A stretch of 64,000 bases of DNA from Octopus bimaculoides (Eukaryota), in the NCBI RefSeq assembly GCF_001194135.2, contig NC_068986.1:103181648-103245647 (forward strand), in the 5' to 3' direction. The stretch's first letter is position 1. Every line of letters starts with the position of its first letter. This document shows, one piece after another, positions 1-12,184 of the stretch. The notes under the pieces are model-generated. The model did not search any database, was not told the origin of the DNA, and saw nothing but the letters and a program-made list of their open reading frames with translations. The translations under genes and the position numbers were made by a program.

Positions 1-372
1 GGTAAGTAGCTTGCTTACCAACCACATAGTCCCGGGTTCAGTCCCACTGCGTGGCATCTTGGGCAAGCGTCTTCTACTATAGCCTCGGGCCGACCAAAGC
101 CTTGTGAGTGGATTTGGTAGACGGAATCTGAAAGAAGCCTGTCGTATATATGTATATATATGTGTATGTGTGTGTGTGTGTTTGTATGTCTGTGTTTGTC
201 CCCCCAACATCGCTTGACAAACGATGCTGGTGTGTTTATGTCCCCGTAACTTAGCGGTTCGGCAAAAGAGACCGATAGAATAAGTACTAGGCTTCCAAAG
301 AATAAGTCCTTTACTCTTTTACTTGTTTCAGTCAAAAGACTGAAACAAGTAAAAGAGTAAAAGAGTAAAAGA
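1..372 (+). mobile_element. tRNA-derived SINE, family A (5' end cut by window), with internal TA/TG microsatellite and (gagtaaaa)n tail
   Basis: B-box-like gggttcagtccc; body tcttctactatagcctcgggccgaccaaagccttgtgagtggatttggtagacgg; 3' half ttagcggttcggcaaaagagaccgatagaataagtact. Same segments recur at 21475, 29940, 34700 and 42590. Confidence 0.85.
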
Positions 373-393
373 GAGACAGTGTGTTATTCCCAT

Positions 394-432
<39 letters not shown>

Positions 433-547
433 TGTGTTATTCTCATAACATATATATATATATATATATATATGCTTGTTGTTTATATATCCGTCTTCGT
501 ATTTTGTTTTTCTGTAAATTTCAACGATATTTATATGTACTATACAT

Positions 548-761
548 TATTTTCTACTCTAGGTACAAGGCCCGACTTTTTATGAAGGGTGCTAGTCGGT
601 CACATTGACCCCAGTACGCAACTGGTACCTAATTTATCGACCTCGAAGGGACGAAAGATAAAGTCGACCTCGACGGAATTTGAATTCACAATGTAAAGAC
701 AGACGAAATACAGCTAAGCACTTCGCCCGGCGTGCTAACGTTTCTGCCAGCTCGCTGCCTT
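548..761 (-). mobile_element. SINE family B (tail type 1, ...ggccttgtgcctagagtagaaaa)
   Basis: Reverse complement of head aaggcggcgagctggcagaaacgttagcacgccgggcgaaatgcttagc, matching copies at 23381 and 52878-53110. Confidence 0.85.
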
Positions 762-859
762 ATATATACTATATATTGATTGATAAGAAAGTCAGTGTTT
801 ATTAAAATATATTTCATTTTCAGAGTTTAATTGAATATACAGACAACGTAATTCTTTTT

Positions 860-1800
860 AAACACTTGTTTCTCCTCTGACTATCGTCCCTGGCCCAATC
901 CGTGTTGATAACGCAAAGGAAAGGACTCACAAACAGCATGAACTATGTCCTCAACCTATCAATTGTTGCCGAGATTATACCGCAAACATTACATCATCAA
1001 CATTTTTCCTCATAAATAAAGTCTAGTGGTGTCACTTCCGTTGGATGCGGAAGATATTTTACTGAACCTATCTGCGTCCATTCCATCTCCTCAAAACTTC
1101 AGAAAGATGGGCCCTTACATAAGAATAACTGTGTAGGCTTGACTTAGGCCTAAAAAAAAACTCTACCTTTTCAAATTCCTTTTGAACGCCGGGGAAGAGA
1201 CATTTTCATAGTAAGTAAATGGGCCTAGTCACTGTCCCTTCAAAGTGTATGGTCTAATTAATCCTTTCAATAATAAACTGCACCATATTGCAATTTGTAG
1301 TAAATTCTTTCGCAATAAGCGGTTTTTCAGATTCTTTGGGCCATTTACTAGAATGCTTTATTCTTCGACACAGCTTTCCAGCTGCCACTCGCTAAGTCCA
1401 CTCTTCGGCCCTGATCATCTTCATGGAAAGCATGGACTAAACTTAGAATGTAGCATTTTCAATGACATCACTTCAAAATGTAATGGTTACTTGATTTTGA
1501 AATACATATCTCATGTCTCACTTGAAAAACAGATTTTCTTGAACACTGGAAATAAATTTCTCGTACATTTTTGTTGCTTCGCGGGGCTTATTAATGTCCA
1601 CAATCTTCTGGAACGTCTTCGCTGTGATTCAAACCTATCTCTAATGCGTGTGATGATGAGTCGGAAGAAGAATCTGACCCTCTCTCCTAAACTCTCTTTG
1701 CATTTCCACAGCGTTTTTTATCAACCATTAGCACTTACAGAAAGATTCAGTACAACTCTATTTTCGGAGTGGTTTCATAGATGTACACGAGAAACGCTGA
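860..1800 (-). pseudogene. Decayed Tc1/mariner-superfamily transposase (DD41D rosa-like / DUF4817-type N-terminus)
   Basis: Minus-strand translation across frameshifts gives KNAVEMQREFRRE..RLIITRIRDRFE, GLIRPYTLKGTVT and VRAHLSEVLRRWNGRR..VKYLPHP.EVTPLDFIY, resembling the WIGRRG..YPPRSPDLTPLDF motif. Many stops and frameshifts; D-D spacing not countable. Confidence 0.7.
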
Positions 1801-2194
1801 CGTGGCTGATCATGCCTATGACAAGTACAAATAGATCCTCCAGGGCAGTGTGTAATACCTGCAAGGTAAAGCACAGACAATCTTCCACAGTTTTCCATAA
1901 AACTAGTAGAAATTTCCCTACACGGGTGCTTTTAAAATAAAACTCACAGTAAGGGAGATACCAACTGCTTCAGTCAACTAGTCTTATTTTCCGGAATATA
2001 TAGTAATATAGATAGAATGATCTCTCATCTCGTTACCCTATCTTAATTTAGATTTATAACTGGAATCGAGTTATCAAATTTGCTGTTACTTAACACAATA
2101 AGTTGGGATTCTAATGACATTTGGTTTACATTTCTGGCATGTCAGGCGAATAGGGGAAAATTAGAAAGATATTAGTTCTGTCTCATGAAAGCAA

Positions 2195-2228
2195 ATTCTC
2201 TCTCTCTCTTTGTCTCTCTTTCTCTATA

Positions 2229-2264
<36 letters not shown>

Positions 2265-2597
2265 AGTCTTTCTCTCTCTCACCCATTTTCTCTCTTTCTC
2301 TCTCGCTCAATTGCGCATTCTCTCTTCCGCCTCTCCTCCTCTCTCTCTCACGTAGCACACACATACAAGATATGTATGTATGTATGTATGTACATATGTA
2401 CATATGTATTTATATATGTATGTATGTATCTGTGTGAACATATGGCTAAATTCCGTACACCAAATCTAACCCTCTCTCTATTTCACCTACACACCTCATA
2501 AATACACACACATTCTTGTATATTAATATGTGTGGCGGGGAAGGTAATTGTTTGTGTGTGTACATATACATACATTCACATGATATATATATATATA
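2195..2597. repeat. Compound microsatellite (CT)n/(CTAT)n/(TATG)n/(TA)n next to an assembly gap
   Basis: Directly visible simple repeats; N-run 2598-3502 follows. Confidence 0.9.
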
Positions 2598-3502
2598 NNN
2601 NNNNNNNNNNNNNNNNNNNNNNNNNNNNNNNNNNNNNNNNNNNNNNNNNNNNNNNNNNNNNNNNNNNNNNNNNNNNNNNNNNNNNNNNNNNNNNNNNNNN
2701 NNNNNNNNNNNNNNNNNNNNNNNNNNNNNNNNNNNNNNNNNNNNNNNNNNNNNNNNNNNNNNNNNNNNNNNNNNNNNNNNNNNNNNNNNNNNNNNNNNNN
2801 NNNNNNNNNNNNNNNNNNNNNNNNNNNNNNNNNNNNNNNNNNNNNNNNNNNNNNNNNNNNNNNNNNNNNNNNNNNNNNNNNNNNNNNNNNNNNNNNNNNN
2901 NNNNNNNNNNNNNNNNNNNNNNNNNNNNNNNNNNNNNNNNNNNNNNNNNNNNNNNNNNNNNNNNNNNNNNNNNNNNNNNNNNNNNNNNNNNNNNNNNNNN
3001 NNNNNNNNNNNNNNNNNNNNNNNNNNNNNNNNNNNNNNNNNNNNNNNNNNNNNNNNNNNNNNNNNNNNNNNNNNNNNNNNNNNNNNNNNNNNNNNNNNNN
3101 NNNNNNNNNNNNNNNNNNNNNNNNNNNNNNNNNNNNNNNNNNNNNNNNNNNNNNNNNNNNNNNNNNNNNNNNNNNNNNNNNNNNNNNNNNNNNNNNNNNN
3201 NNNNNNNNNNNNNNNNNNNNNNNNNNNNNNNNNNNNNNNNNNNNNNNNNNNNNNNNNNNNNNNNNNNNNNNNNNNNNNNNNNNNNNNNNNNNNNNNNNNN
3301 NNNNNNNNNNNNNNNNNNNNNNNNNNNNNNNNNNNNNNNNNNNNNNNNNNNNNNNNNNNNNNNNNNNNNNNNNNNNNNNNNNNNNNNNNNNNNNNNNNNN
3401 NNNNNNNNNNNNNNNNNNNNNNNNNNNNNNNNNNNNNNNNNNNNNNNNNNNNNNNNNNNNNNNNNNNNNNNNNNNNNNNNNNNNNNNNNNNNNNNNNNNN
3501 NN

Positions 3503-3555
<53 letters not shown>

Positions 3556-4083
3556 ATGTATATATGTATATATATGTATGCATATGTATGTGTCTGTGCA
3601 TGCATGCATGGATTGATGTACACCAGTTTTCCGTTATTTTTCTTGTTATTGTTGTTTTGTTGTTTAATCTCAGATCAGCCTTGATCAAGTTCCAAAGAAG
3701 CTTCAGCCTCCATGTTTCTTATGTTGCAATGCGAACATAGAATCACATTGGCTAAATACGTGTTTTGAGCCAGAGGAGTATGATTTGAGGTGAGGAGCGA
3801 CTTTACTGCTTGAGCTGCTAATTTGACCAACACGTAGAGGTTGTATTGTTGAATTAACTTACGTGTAGCTGATATACGGTTCGCTATGTTTTATTTACTT
3901 TTAATAGCACTAGGTATATTGCAATTCTCCTGTGATATAGGTTGATAGTACGTAAGTGGGTAAGTGACGTCAGAAAGTGAGATGAAAATCAAACTCTTTG
4001 CCATCTGAGTTTGCATCTCACTAAGGTCATCTTTGCCTTACATTAATTCGAAAGTACCGAGTTAAGCGGCTGAAGTGAGGACA

Positions 4084-5398
4084 TTGCTGGACACTCGAGA
4101 TATCGAGTGGCATCTGTTTCAGATCTATGCGCTATGAGAGCAACGTGAACTTACACCTAGAAATATCAAGCTATAGACCATTAACTTAGCTTTTTTCTTG
4201 AAGAGAATTTGTGATTTCAAAGCAGAGATTTAGAAAGAGGGAATCTTCACCCTGGAGATGAACTTTCCATGTGCAGATGCATCATCAGCATCAACCCCTA
4301 TACAATACTGTTTCAAGTTCTACGATTTATAGGGCTGGTCATGCAGTTTTCGGTCGGGATGTCAATGTGACCGAGATCACAACAATCGCATCCGCCTTCT
4401 AAACGTTACAGGTTAAGAACTAAATTGAGTGGAACAACTGGAAAACAATTATTTTGCTCAATAAAACAACGCTCCGCCCGGTCCAGGGTTCGAAATCACA
4501 ATGTTGTGTTCGTTAGTGCAATACTCCAACCACTAGCTTAAACGCCTTCACACATAAGAAATACTGAGATCGGGAGTAATATTTAGCTTCTGAAACTCGA
4601 TAAAGATCTTATGATGGTCTCAGTATAATAACAGCCCCACTTATCAGATCTTTTAGATTCGGGTTTTGATGCAGCGTGATTTTAATGAAACGAAAGATTT
4701 CATGATGTAGGCTAAATTCTGTAGCAATTGAATGTATTTCATTATTTGACTTCTATATATTTTATGGCCGACACATGGCAGCGGGATGAAAGATGATGCC
4801 TGATTAAATGGCTTGTTCATTCATAATATACAATAGCAAATGTATTCTCCTGAAACTTTTCATTACGAATATTAATTATGAAAGGAAATACAGAACACTC
4901 TGGTGCAATAAATATTAATTTTTCTTTGAGTTTTATCTCCTACATTATACCGATTTCTATTTGGAGCTATCTGATTTCTCTTATACTGCAAGGGACATAA
5001 AGATAGGAACTAATGTATCAATTTCCGGTTTATATCTGCACTAAATCTCATGTGGAGCAGAGAAATGATCATATTGATAAAATATTGGTCAACTTGTTCT
5101 CGTAAATTTCTCAAATCATCAGCGGTTTTCTTGCATTTTTGAGCAAAGAATATTTTTTCCTATATCTTTAATATTGTTCTGAAGAGAAGAAAAGTGCCTG
5201 GAATTATTGTAAGATATTTCATAATTTTAAGGAGATGTTGTTTAATTATTTATATGAAGTAAATGTATAGATACACGGATAGATTTATGTGATGAAATTG
5301 CTGGTGACTCGAGATATCAAGTGGCATCTGTTTCAGATCTTTGTGCTATGACAGCAACGTGAACTTTACACCTCAGATATCAAGCTATAAACCATTAA
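4084..5398 (+). repeat. About 100-bp dispersed direct repeat (4084-4184 and 5298-5398), fragment of an interspersed repeat family
   Basis: Both copies read ttgctgg..actcgagatatc.agtggcatctgtttcagatct.tg.gctatga.agcaacgtgaact..acacct..atatcaagctata.accattaa. Confidence 0.8.
4330..4550 (-). mobile_element. Degenerate SINE family C
   Basis: Reverse complement gtgaaggcgtttaagctagtggttggag...gatttcgaaccctggaccgggcggagcgttg..ttgagcaaaa resembles the better-preserved copy at 57446-57709. Confidence 0.6.
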
Positions 5399-5864
5399 GA
5401 AACCGATTTCCAACACCGTGGTTCAGACGTGCTGTGCTGTAACATGGGTAAATGCGTGCCGCTATGGTCGCGGGCCGACCCATGCCGTCTGACTGAATTT
5501 AGCAAAATGAAACTCTATGGAATGCTTTCATGTATATGTGGTCGTGTGTGCATGAGCGTGTGTGTGTATATACATATAGGTGTGTGTTTATATGTTTGTG
5601 TGTCTGTATCCACCCCCCCCNNNNNNNNNNNNNNNNNNNNNNNNNNNNNNNNNNNNNNNNNNNNNNNNNNNNNNNNNNNNNNNNNNNNNNNNNNNNNNNN
5701 NNNNNNNNNNNNNNNNNNNNNNNNNNNNNNNNNNNNNNNNNNNNNNNNNNNNNNNNNNNNNNNNNNNNNNNNNNNNNNNNNNNNNNNNNNNNNNNNNNNN
5801 NNNNNNATATATAAGCCAAATAACAAGTTGTAAAATCTCACGAAGAGACCAGATTAGTAACAAT

Positions 5865-5994
5865 ACTAAATAGTAAAGCCAGTCGCCACATCGATGTGGC
5901 TGTTGAATGTTATGAATGTTACTACTAGTTTAACCCCAGGCAGATTCGCCGCCGGCTGGTTACTTTGAGGCGGCGACTGGCTTTACTGTTTAGT
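5865..5994. repeat. 130-bp inverted-repeat (MITE-like) hairpin
   Basis: Arms actaaatagtaaagccagtcgcc (5865-5887) and ggcgactggctttactgtttagt (5972-5994), 1 mismatch in 23. Palindrome gccacatcgatgtggc overlaps the left arm. Confidence 0.6.
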
Positions 5995-6104
5995 TTAGTT
6001 ACTACACTGGTCTCTTTATGAGATTTTACAAATAGCTACTCTGTTTGTTGCAAATACCTACTCTACTTGTTGCGAATACCTACTCTGCTTGTTGCAAAAT
6101 TTTA

Positions 6105-6780
6105 TACTCGGAGCAATGAAATTAGCACGATAGCTGTTTTCATTTTATCTCATGATTATTGTTACCATAGTGGAGGCCCAATGGCCCAGTGGTTAGGGCA
6201 GCGGACTCGCGGTCATAGAATCGCGGTTTTGATTACCAGACCAGGCGTTGTGAGTGTTTATTCAGCGAAAACACCTAAAGTTCCATGAGGCTCCGGCAGG
6301 GGATGGTGGCGAACCCTGCTGTACTCTTTCACCATAACTTTCTCTCACTCTTACTTCCTGTTTTTGTTGTACCTGTATTTCAAAGGGCCAGCTTTGTCAC
6401 ACAGTGTCACGCTGAATACCCTCGAGAACTACGTTAAGGATACACGTGTCTGTGGAGTGCTCATCCACTTGCACGTTAATTTCACGAGCAGGCTGTTCCG
6501 TTGATTGGATCAACTGGAACCCTCGACGTCGTAAGCGACGGAGTGCCAGCAATTGTTACCGTAACCATGTGTTTTCATCCGTTGTTTGTGCTTTAAGCAC
6601 TCTCCTGTGCCCATGTCTTTTCTATGTATTCTTTTATTTTTGCGTAGGTACATGCATTAATTGTTAAATGAAATCGCATTCCAGCCTTTTCAATCTTTTT
6701 AAAGAAACTCACAATTGCAACAAATGCTCATCTTCTTTGATTCTGAATACATTATATTGTGTTATGTGTTCTTCTTTTGC
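6105..6780 (-). mobile_element. 3' non-coding fragment of the same IS630/Tc1-like DNA transposon as 14560-16525, interrupted by a SINE D
   Basis: 6105-6169 and 6552-6780 align with the reverse complement of about 16100-16395 (tagcacgatagctgttttcattttatctcatgat; tttttgcgtaggtacatg.attaattgttaaatgaaatcgcatt). Confidence 0.8.
6170..6551 (+). mobile_element. Full-length SINE family D with 12-bp TSD
   Basis: tRNA-like head gtggaggcccaatggcccagtggttagggcagcggactcgcgg; tail ggaaccctcgacgtcgtaagcgacggagtgccagca; TSD attgttacc(a/g)ta at 6158-6169 and 6552-6563. Confidence 0.9.
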
Positions 6781-6984
6781 GTCATCTTAGATGTTTGTAG
6801 TTTTTCAATCCACAGTATTAATTATTAGAAGAGACCCCACCGTATGTGTATTCACTAAACAGTCCGTGTTCTTCAGTATTTTACCTCAGTCATATTGCAA
6901 AGGTTCGAAAACAACGTCAGTACGTTCCCTCTATTTATATATATTCTGAACATTTCTTAGATTGACTACTGAAACGTTGTCAAA

Positions 6985-7030
6985 TGCTTTACTGAGGAGG
7001 GTTAGTCAGACCGAAATATGTCTATTGTAT
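6985..7030 (+). ncRNA. Degenerate hammerhead-ribozyme-like motif in a probable Penelope-like terminal repeat remnant
   Basis: CTGAGGA (6992-6998), extra G, stem II ggt..acc, GAAA (7013-7016), tatGTC. Stem I pairing is weak (2 bp). Confidence 0.35.
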
Positions 7031-8408
7031 TTGTTTTCAAGATCTGTCTTTAAATATCAGACCACTTTCAATCTGTATTTTCTGCAACAATTTACATTGA
7101 CTTGCAGAGAACGTTGCTGGTAGTTTTTGAAATTTTAAACATTCTCAAGGGAATTATTTTCTACTAATGGCTTGGAAAATCTGAATTGATTGAGGCTGTT
7201 CAACTCACTATATTATTAATGAAATCCAAACCAGATTGGTATTTAGTATGCAGAGCGCTCCCTTGAGGCTCTTTTCATCAGCCATATTGTTCAAAACTAA
7301 TTATAAGTTTAGTGCTCACTTCAACGAGTGAAGATGGGTTAACTAACAAAGCTACATTACTTGTGTTATGTCCACTGTTTTAACAGAAGTTAATGTTCCC
7401 TGCAATATCTGTGTGAAACACTTACTGTCTTTTCAATCAAACAAAAAAAATCGAAATATCCATTTGTAATTCAGCAAATATCTAGAGGGTCAGCAGAGCA
7501 CCAGTTTGCCTAAAGCCATTTTCTCCGCTTTTAAATACGATATTTCTTTCCCCGATACTAAGATAATATCAGAAAACTTTCCGTGTGTACATGAATTTTG
7601 TCATGTTAAAAGCATAGCCATCATTAACAATATTATAGCTAAAAGCTATGCTTGAAGCTATGCTAAAATTACAAACTAATTACATTATTATTTTTTTCTT
7701 GTTTTTGGAAATTGTTTTCGCAGAGGCACCATTAATTAAAAATATGACGGTAAAATTGCTGCATAATTAAACTTGATCGCATTAATAATGATGTGTTTAG
7801 AAAACCCGTAGAGATGGCAAAAATTACACAGAAATGTAGCAGTTTATATTTTATGGAATTTTGTTCTGTGATTGGCATTTGCGCATTGAATTAATTACTT
7901 CATTTTGTAGGCAACAAATTTTTCAATAAAAGCAGTGATTATTTCTCTCTATAATACTGAAGCATGAATTATGTTAGTTTTAAAATAAAAATAAAAAAGA
8001 TACCAAAATAAATATTTCTTATTCAGATACAATCTTTCAATTTGTTCAAAGTTAACTAACTGTTGACAGTTAGAACACTGTTCCCTCAGAAAATGCAACG
8101 CAGTGTAAAGCCTTTGAACAAAACGCTTCGGCAAATATCACAAACTACCATCGTGTTAAAATTGATCATAATTAAGATATTGCAATGGGCAATGCATATG
8201 AGCCTAGTACAGCTTAACATGACTCTATTCTCTTGTCCATCTCTAAAATGTATTATATAATGTATCCGTTGTATATTACATTAATCAGATAATATCTGTA
8301 CATATTGATTAATTTTAAAATTTGTTGTTTGTGAAAAGCTGCTATCACTAATGACAGCAGAAACTGCAAAACTAGTAGCGATAATTAACGTTACTATAAT
8401 TTTTGATT

Positions 8409-8426
8409 TTATTATTATTATTATTA

Positions 8427-8460
<34 letters not shown>

Positions 8461-8519
8461 CATCATTATTATTATTATTGTTATTATTACTATTATTATT
8501 ATTATTATTATTATTATTG
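8409..8519. repeat. (TTA)n/(TAA)n microsatellite, 3' tail of the R4-like LINE
   Basis: Direct; abuts the LINE 3' UTR at 8520. Confidence 0.9.
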
Positions 8520-9950
8520 TTCAGTAGTTTTATTTTTATAACGTGCTTTCACTTCACTACCGAGCGCAGCTCAGTGCGCCTTGGGTATGTGCTGTGGTTT
8601 GCTGTGGTGCTCTTATGTTTACTGTATTGAAAGTGTTTTGCGTAGAATGTGTGCAGTACTCAGTAGTGCAATTTTCTGTATGTTATATATATTTGTAAGT
8701 CCTGGTGTTTTTGTTATGTATTTGTCTGAATATTTTTTTTATTATACCTAAGGCACCTACTATGATAGGAATTGTTTNNNNNNNNNNNNNNNNNNNNNNN
8801 NNNNNNNNNNNNNNNNNNNNNNNNNNNNNNNNNNNNNNNNNNNNNNNNNNNNNNNNNNNNNNNNNNNNNNNNNNNNNNNNNNNNNNNNNNNNNNNNNNNN
8901 NNNNNNNNNNNNNNNNNNNNNNNNNNNNNNNNNNNNNNNNNNNNNNNNNNNNNNNNNNNNNNNNNNNNNNNNNNNNNNNNNNNNNNNNNNNNNNNNNNNN
9001 NNNNNNNNNNNNNNNNNNNNNNNNNNNNNNNNNNNNNNNNNNNNNNNNNNNNNNNNNNNNNNNNNNNNNNNNNNNNNNNNNNNNNNNNNNNNNNNNNNNN
9101 NNNNNNNNNNNNNNNNNNNNNNNNNNNNNNNNNNNNNNNNNNNNNNNNNNNNNNNNNNNNNNNNNNNNNNNNNNNNNNNNNNNNNNNNNNNNNNNNNNNN
9201 NNNNNNNNNNNNNNNNNNNNNNNNNNNNNNNNNNNNNNNNNNNNNNNNNNNNNNNNNNNNNNNNNNNNNNNNNNNNNNNNNNNNNNNNNNNNNNNNNNNN
9301 NNNNNNNNNNNNNNNNNNNNNNNNNNNNNNNNNNNNNNNNNNNNNNNNNNNNNNNNNNNNNNNNNNNNNNNNNNNNNNNNNNNNNNNNNNNNNNNNNNNN
9401 NNNNNNNNNNNNNNNNNNNNNNNNNNNNNNNNNNNNNNNNNNNNNNNNNNNNNNNNNNNNNNNNNNNNNNNNNNNNNNNNNNNNNNNNNNNNNNNNNNNN
9501 NNNNNNNNNNNNNNNNNNNNNNNNNNNNNNNNNNNNNNNNNNNNNNNNNNNNNNNNNNNNNNNNNNNNNNNNNNNNNNNNNNNNNNNNCATTATTTTTCT
9601 TGTTTTCCTGTCTATTTTACATAGTTCGTTTAGTGTCCAGTTAAGGATATTGTAGCTGTAGCTTATAACTGGGACAGCTAAAGTGTTGATGCCCATTATC
9701 TTGTTTTTAGCATTGAGCTATGTTTTTAGTATTGATCTAACTCGTCTATAGTACTCTTTCTTTATTTTTTCTTTCATTTGTGTATGTTGTATCCTATCTA
9801 GTTCATTGACTCCTAAATACTTATATGGTTGGCTTTCGTCTAGGTCTCTTATTTCATTGGCTTTATCTAGTGTTATATTGCTACTTTTAACTAATTTTCC
9901 TCTTTTCAGGGTTGCTTTGGCACATTTTTCTAATCCGAATTTCATATCTA
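8520..9950 (-). mobile_element. 5'-truncated non-LTR retrotransposon with restriction-like endonuclease (R4/Dong-like clade), disrupted
   Basis: Late RT/thumb MKFGLEKCAK..YKYLGV..KEYYRRVRSILKT*LNAKNKIMGINTLAVPVISYS; after gap 8778-9588, RLE C-terminus TIPIIVGALGII../NIQKIALLSTAHILRKTLSIQ* (stop 8619-8621). One in-frame stop and one homopolymer frameshift. Confidence 0.85.
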
Positions 9951-9978
9951 TTATTTATTTATTATTTATTATTTACTA

Positions 9979-10034
<56 letters not shown>

Positions 10035-10039
10035 GTGTT

Positions 10040-10285
10040 GTTGTTGATGTCGTCGTTTTTGCTGTTGTTGTTATTTCCATTTCACTCCCCAGAGTTGTTG
10101 GTTTCACTTGTTCTGGCTAATTCTGTAAGAAGGAACAACGATCTGTTGTCAAGAATCTCACAGGCTTTCTTTTCACGATACTTAACATCCAAGTATCAAC
10201 CACAAAAGCCGCGCTGTCCCCAACAGAACCGTTCCTGGGGTGTATTCATCCCTCATGTCAATTCCAGTTCTTCATGATCTCAAGA
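10040..10285 (-). mobile_element. Older 3' remnant of a second R4-like LINE
   Basis: Minus frame ..PGTVLLGTARLLWLILGC* resembles the LLGTA(H/R)ILR C-terminal motif; followed by a (caa)/(taa) tail. Confidence 0.4.
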
Positions 10286-10554
10286 TTGTGATTTCGGTTC
10301 CTGCGACTGTATGTACATGTGTTTTTGAGCAAAATGCGTCATTTCACATTGCACTAGCTTACGCAACTGTAAATAAATAAGTTGCAACATACTGGCGTAG
10401 CGTCTACAAAAACGCTATGATTTGGGGTCACGTATGCGTCATGGAAACAGGGTAACTTGCTCTATGAGCCCTAGGACCAAAGACCATAACAGCCACAGAT
10501 TGATAATGACGAAATGGCTTCCACAACATCATTTTGAAAAATTTGTTTGTCTTT

Positions 10555-10751
10555 TATCTTTTACACTTGACGTGTTTCAGTCATTAGATGGCGGCCATGC
10601 TGGGACTTCGCTTTGAAACTTTTTGGTAGTCAAATGAATCGCGCCCAGTACTTAAGTTTTTTTTTAAATCTTACTACTTATGTTGGTCTCTTTTAATAAA
10701 CAGCTAAATTACAGGGACGGAAGCACACCAACAGTGTCACCCAGACTCAAA

Positions 10752-10798
<47 letters not shown>

Positions 10799-11390
10799 NN
10801 NNNNNNNNNNNNNNNNNNNNNNNNNNNNNNNNNNNNNNNNNNNNNNNNNNNNNNNNNNNNNNNNNNNNNNNNNNNNNNNNNNNNNNNNNNNNNNNNNNNN
10901 NNNNNNNNNNNNNNNNNNNNNNNNNNNNNNNNNNNNNNNNNNNNNNNNNNNNNNNNNNNNNNNNNNNNNNNNNNNNNNNNNNNNNNNNNNNNNNNNNNNN
11001 NNNNNNNNNNNNNNNNNNNNNNNNNNNNNNNNNNNNNNNNNNNNNNNNNNNNNNNNNNNNNNNNNNNNNNNNNNNNNNNNNNNNNNNNNNNNNNNNNNNN
11101 NNNNNNNNNNNNNNNNNNNNNNNNNNNNNNNNNNNNNNNNNNNNNNNNNNNNNNNNNNNNNNNNNNNNNNNNNNNNNNNTATATATATATATATATATAT
11201 ATATATGCAGACATATACATATATTATACACGTGACGGGATTTCTTCAGTTTTCCTCTGTCAAATCCACGAACAAGGCTTGGGTCGGCCAGAGTATATAT
11301 ATACGAAGTCATTTGGTCAGGTTTCCACTCAGTGGGACTGAATCTGAAACCCCATGTGTTGGGCAGTAAGGTTCTTACATCTGCACCTTT
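10555..11390 (-). mobile_element. SINE family A spanning an expanded internal (TA)n and an assembly gap
   Basis: 3' half reversed at 10555-10745 (gtttcagtcatt..gcggccatgctggg), 5' half reversed at 11230-11390 (aaatccac..aaggcttgggtcggcc..gtgggactgaa). Confidence 0.6.
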
Positions 11391-12131
11391 CTAGACCTAT
11401 TTTCATATTTCTTCTAGCGGGTGCTCTTTGTACAATTAGAGCTGTGTTATTTTTTTAAGATCCGCTGGAATTTGTATACACTGTGTTAACTGCGTTGTTT
11501 GCGTTATCTCTCTCGTTGCCATACGTTAATTACGTATGAAAGATATTGTTACATATATAGAGTGAGAATAAAATATCTCGACTGCCAGTAGCTTGACCAG
11601 CTGTATAATAGAGTCAGATATCAACTGTGTAATAACGGAACAACTGTTTCTGTAGCTCTATTGCATTAAATTCGTTTTGCGTAAAATGTAGGCTGAGACA
11701 AGTAGGCTATCTTTCAAAACCTACAAGAACTTCTTTGAGTTTCGTTATATACTTTTGTACTTAATTATAATCATACCTAGAGCATAGCTAACTGGATTTT
11801 CCCGCCCCAGGTTATTTCACTTTCAAAAATCATTTAAAATGGCAGCTTCTCTACATTATGTGCAAGGTTACAGACAGAATGGATCAAGATAGTTATTAGA
11901 ATACAAGCATTTTTGTTCCAACCCTTTAAAATTGTAATCTAGAGTAACTTGCACGTCTTGTCAGTCTAAATAAGCTTGTCCCAAATGATTGTGGCCAGGG
12001 CTTTGTCATGTGCTGTGTTACTCTTTTTATTCTTCTCTGCCGCTTTTCCCCTCCCTGTTTCTCACACATGCACACACACACACTCATATACTCTCTCTTT
12101 CTATCTCTCATACACTCAGACACACACACTT

Positions 12132-12184
<53 letters not shown>

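Noticed and set aside
1245-1940. 231-aa plus-strand ORF, the longest gap-free ORF
   Set aside because: It lies antisense to a decayed mariner-type transposase and has no recognisable motif; most likely a chance open antisense frame.
6170-6240. tRNA-like sequences (also 41300-41372, 46180-46245, 57640-57709)
   Set aside because: These are SINE heads continuing into SINE bodies, without complete acceptor stems; not called tRNA genes.
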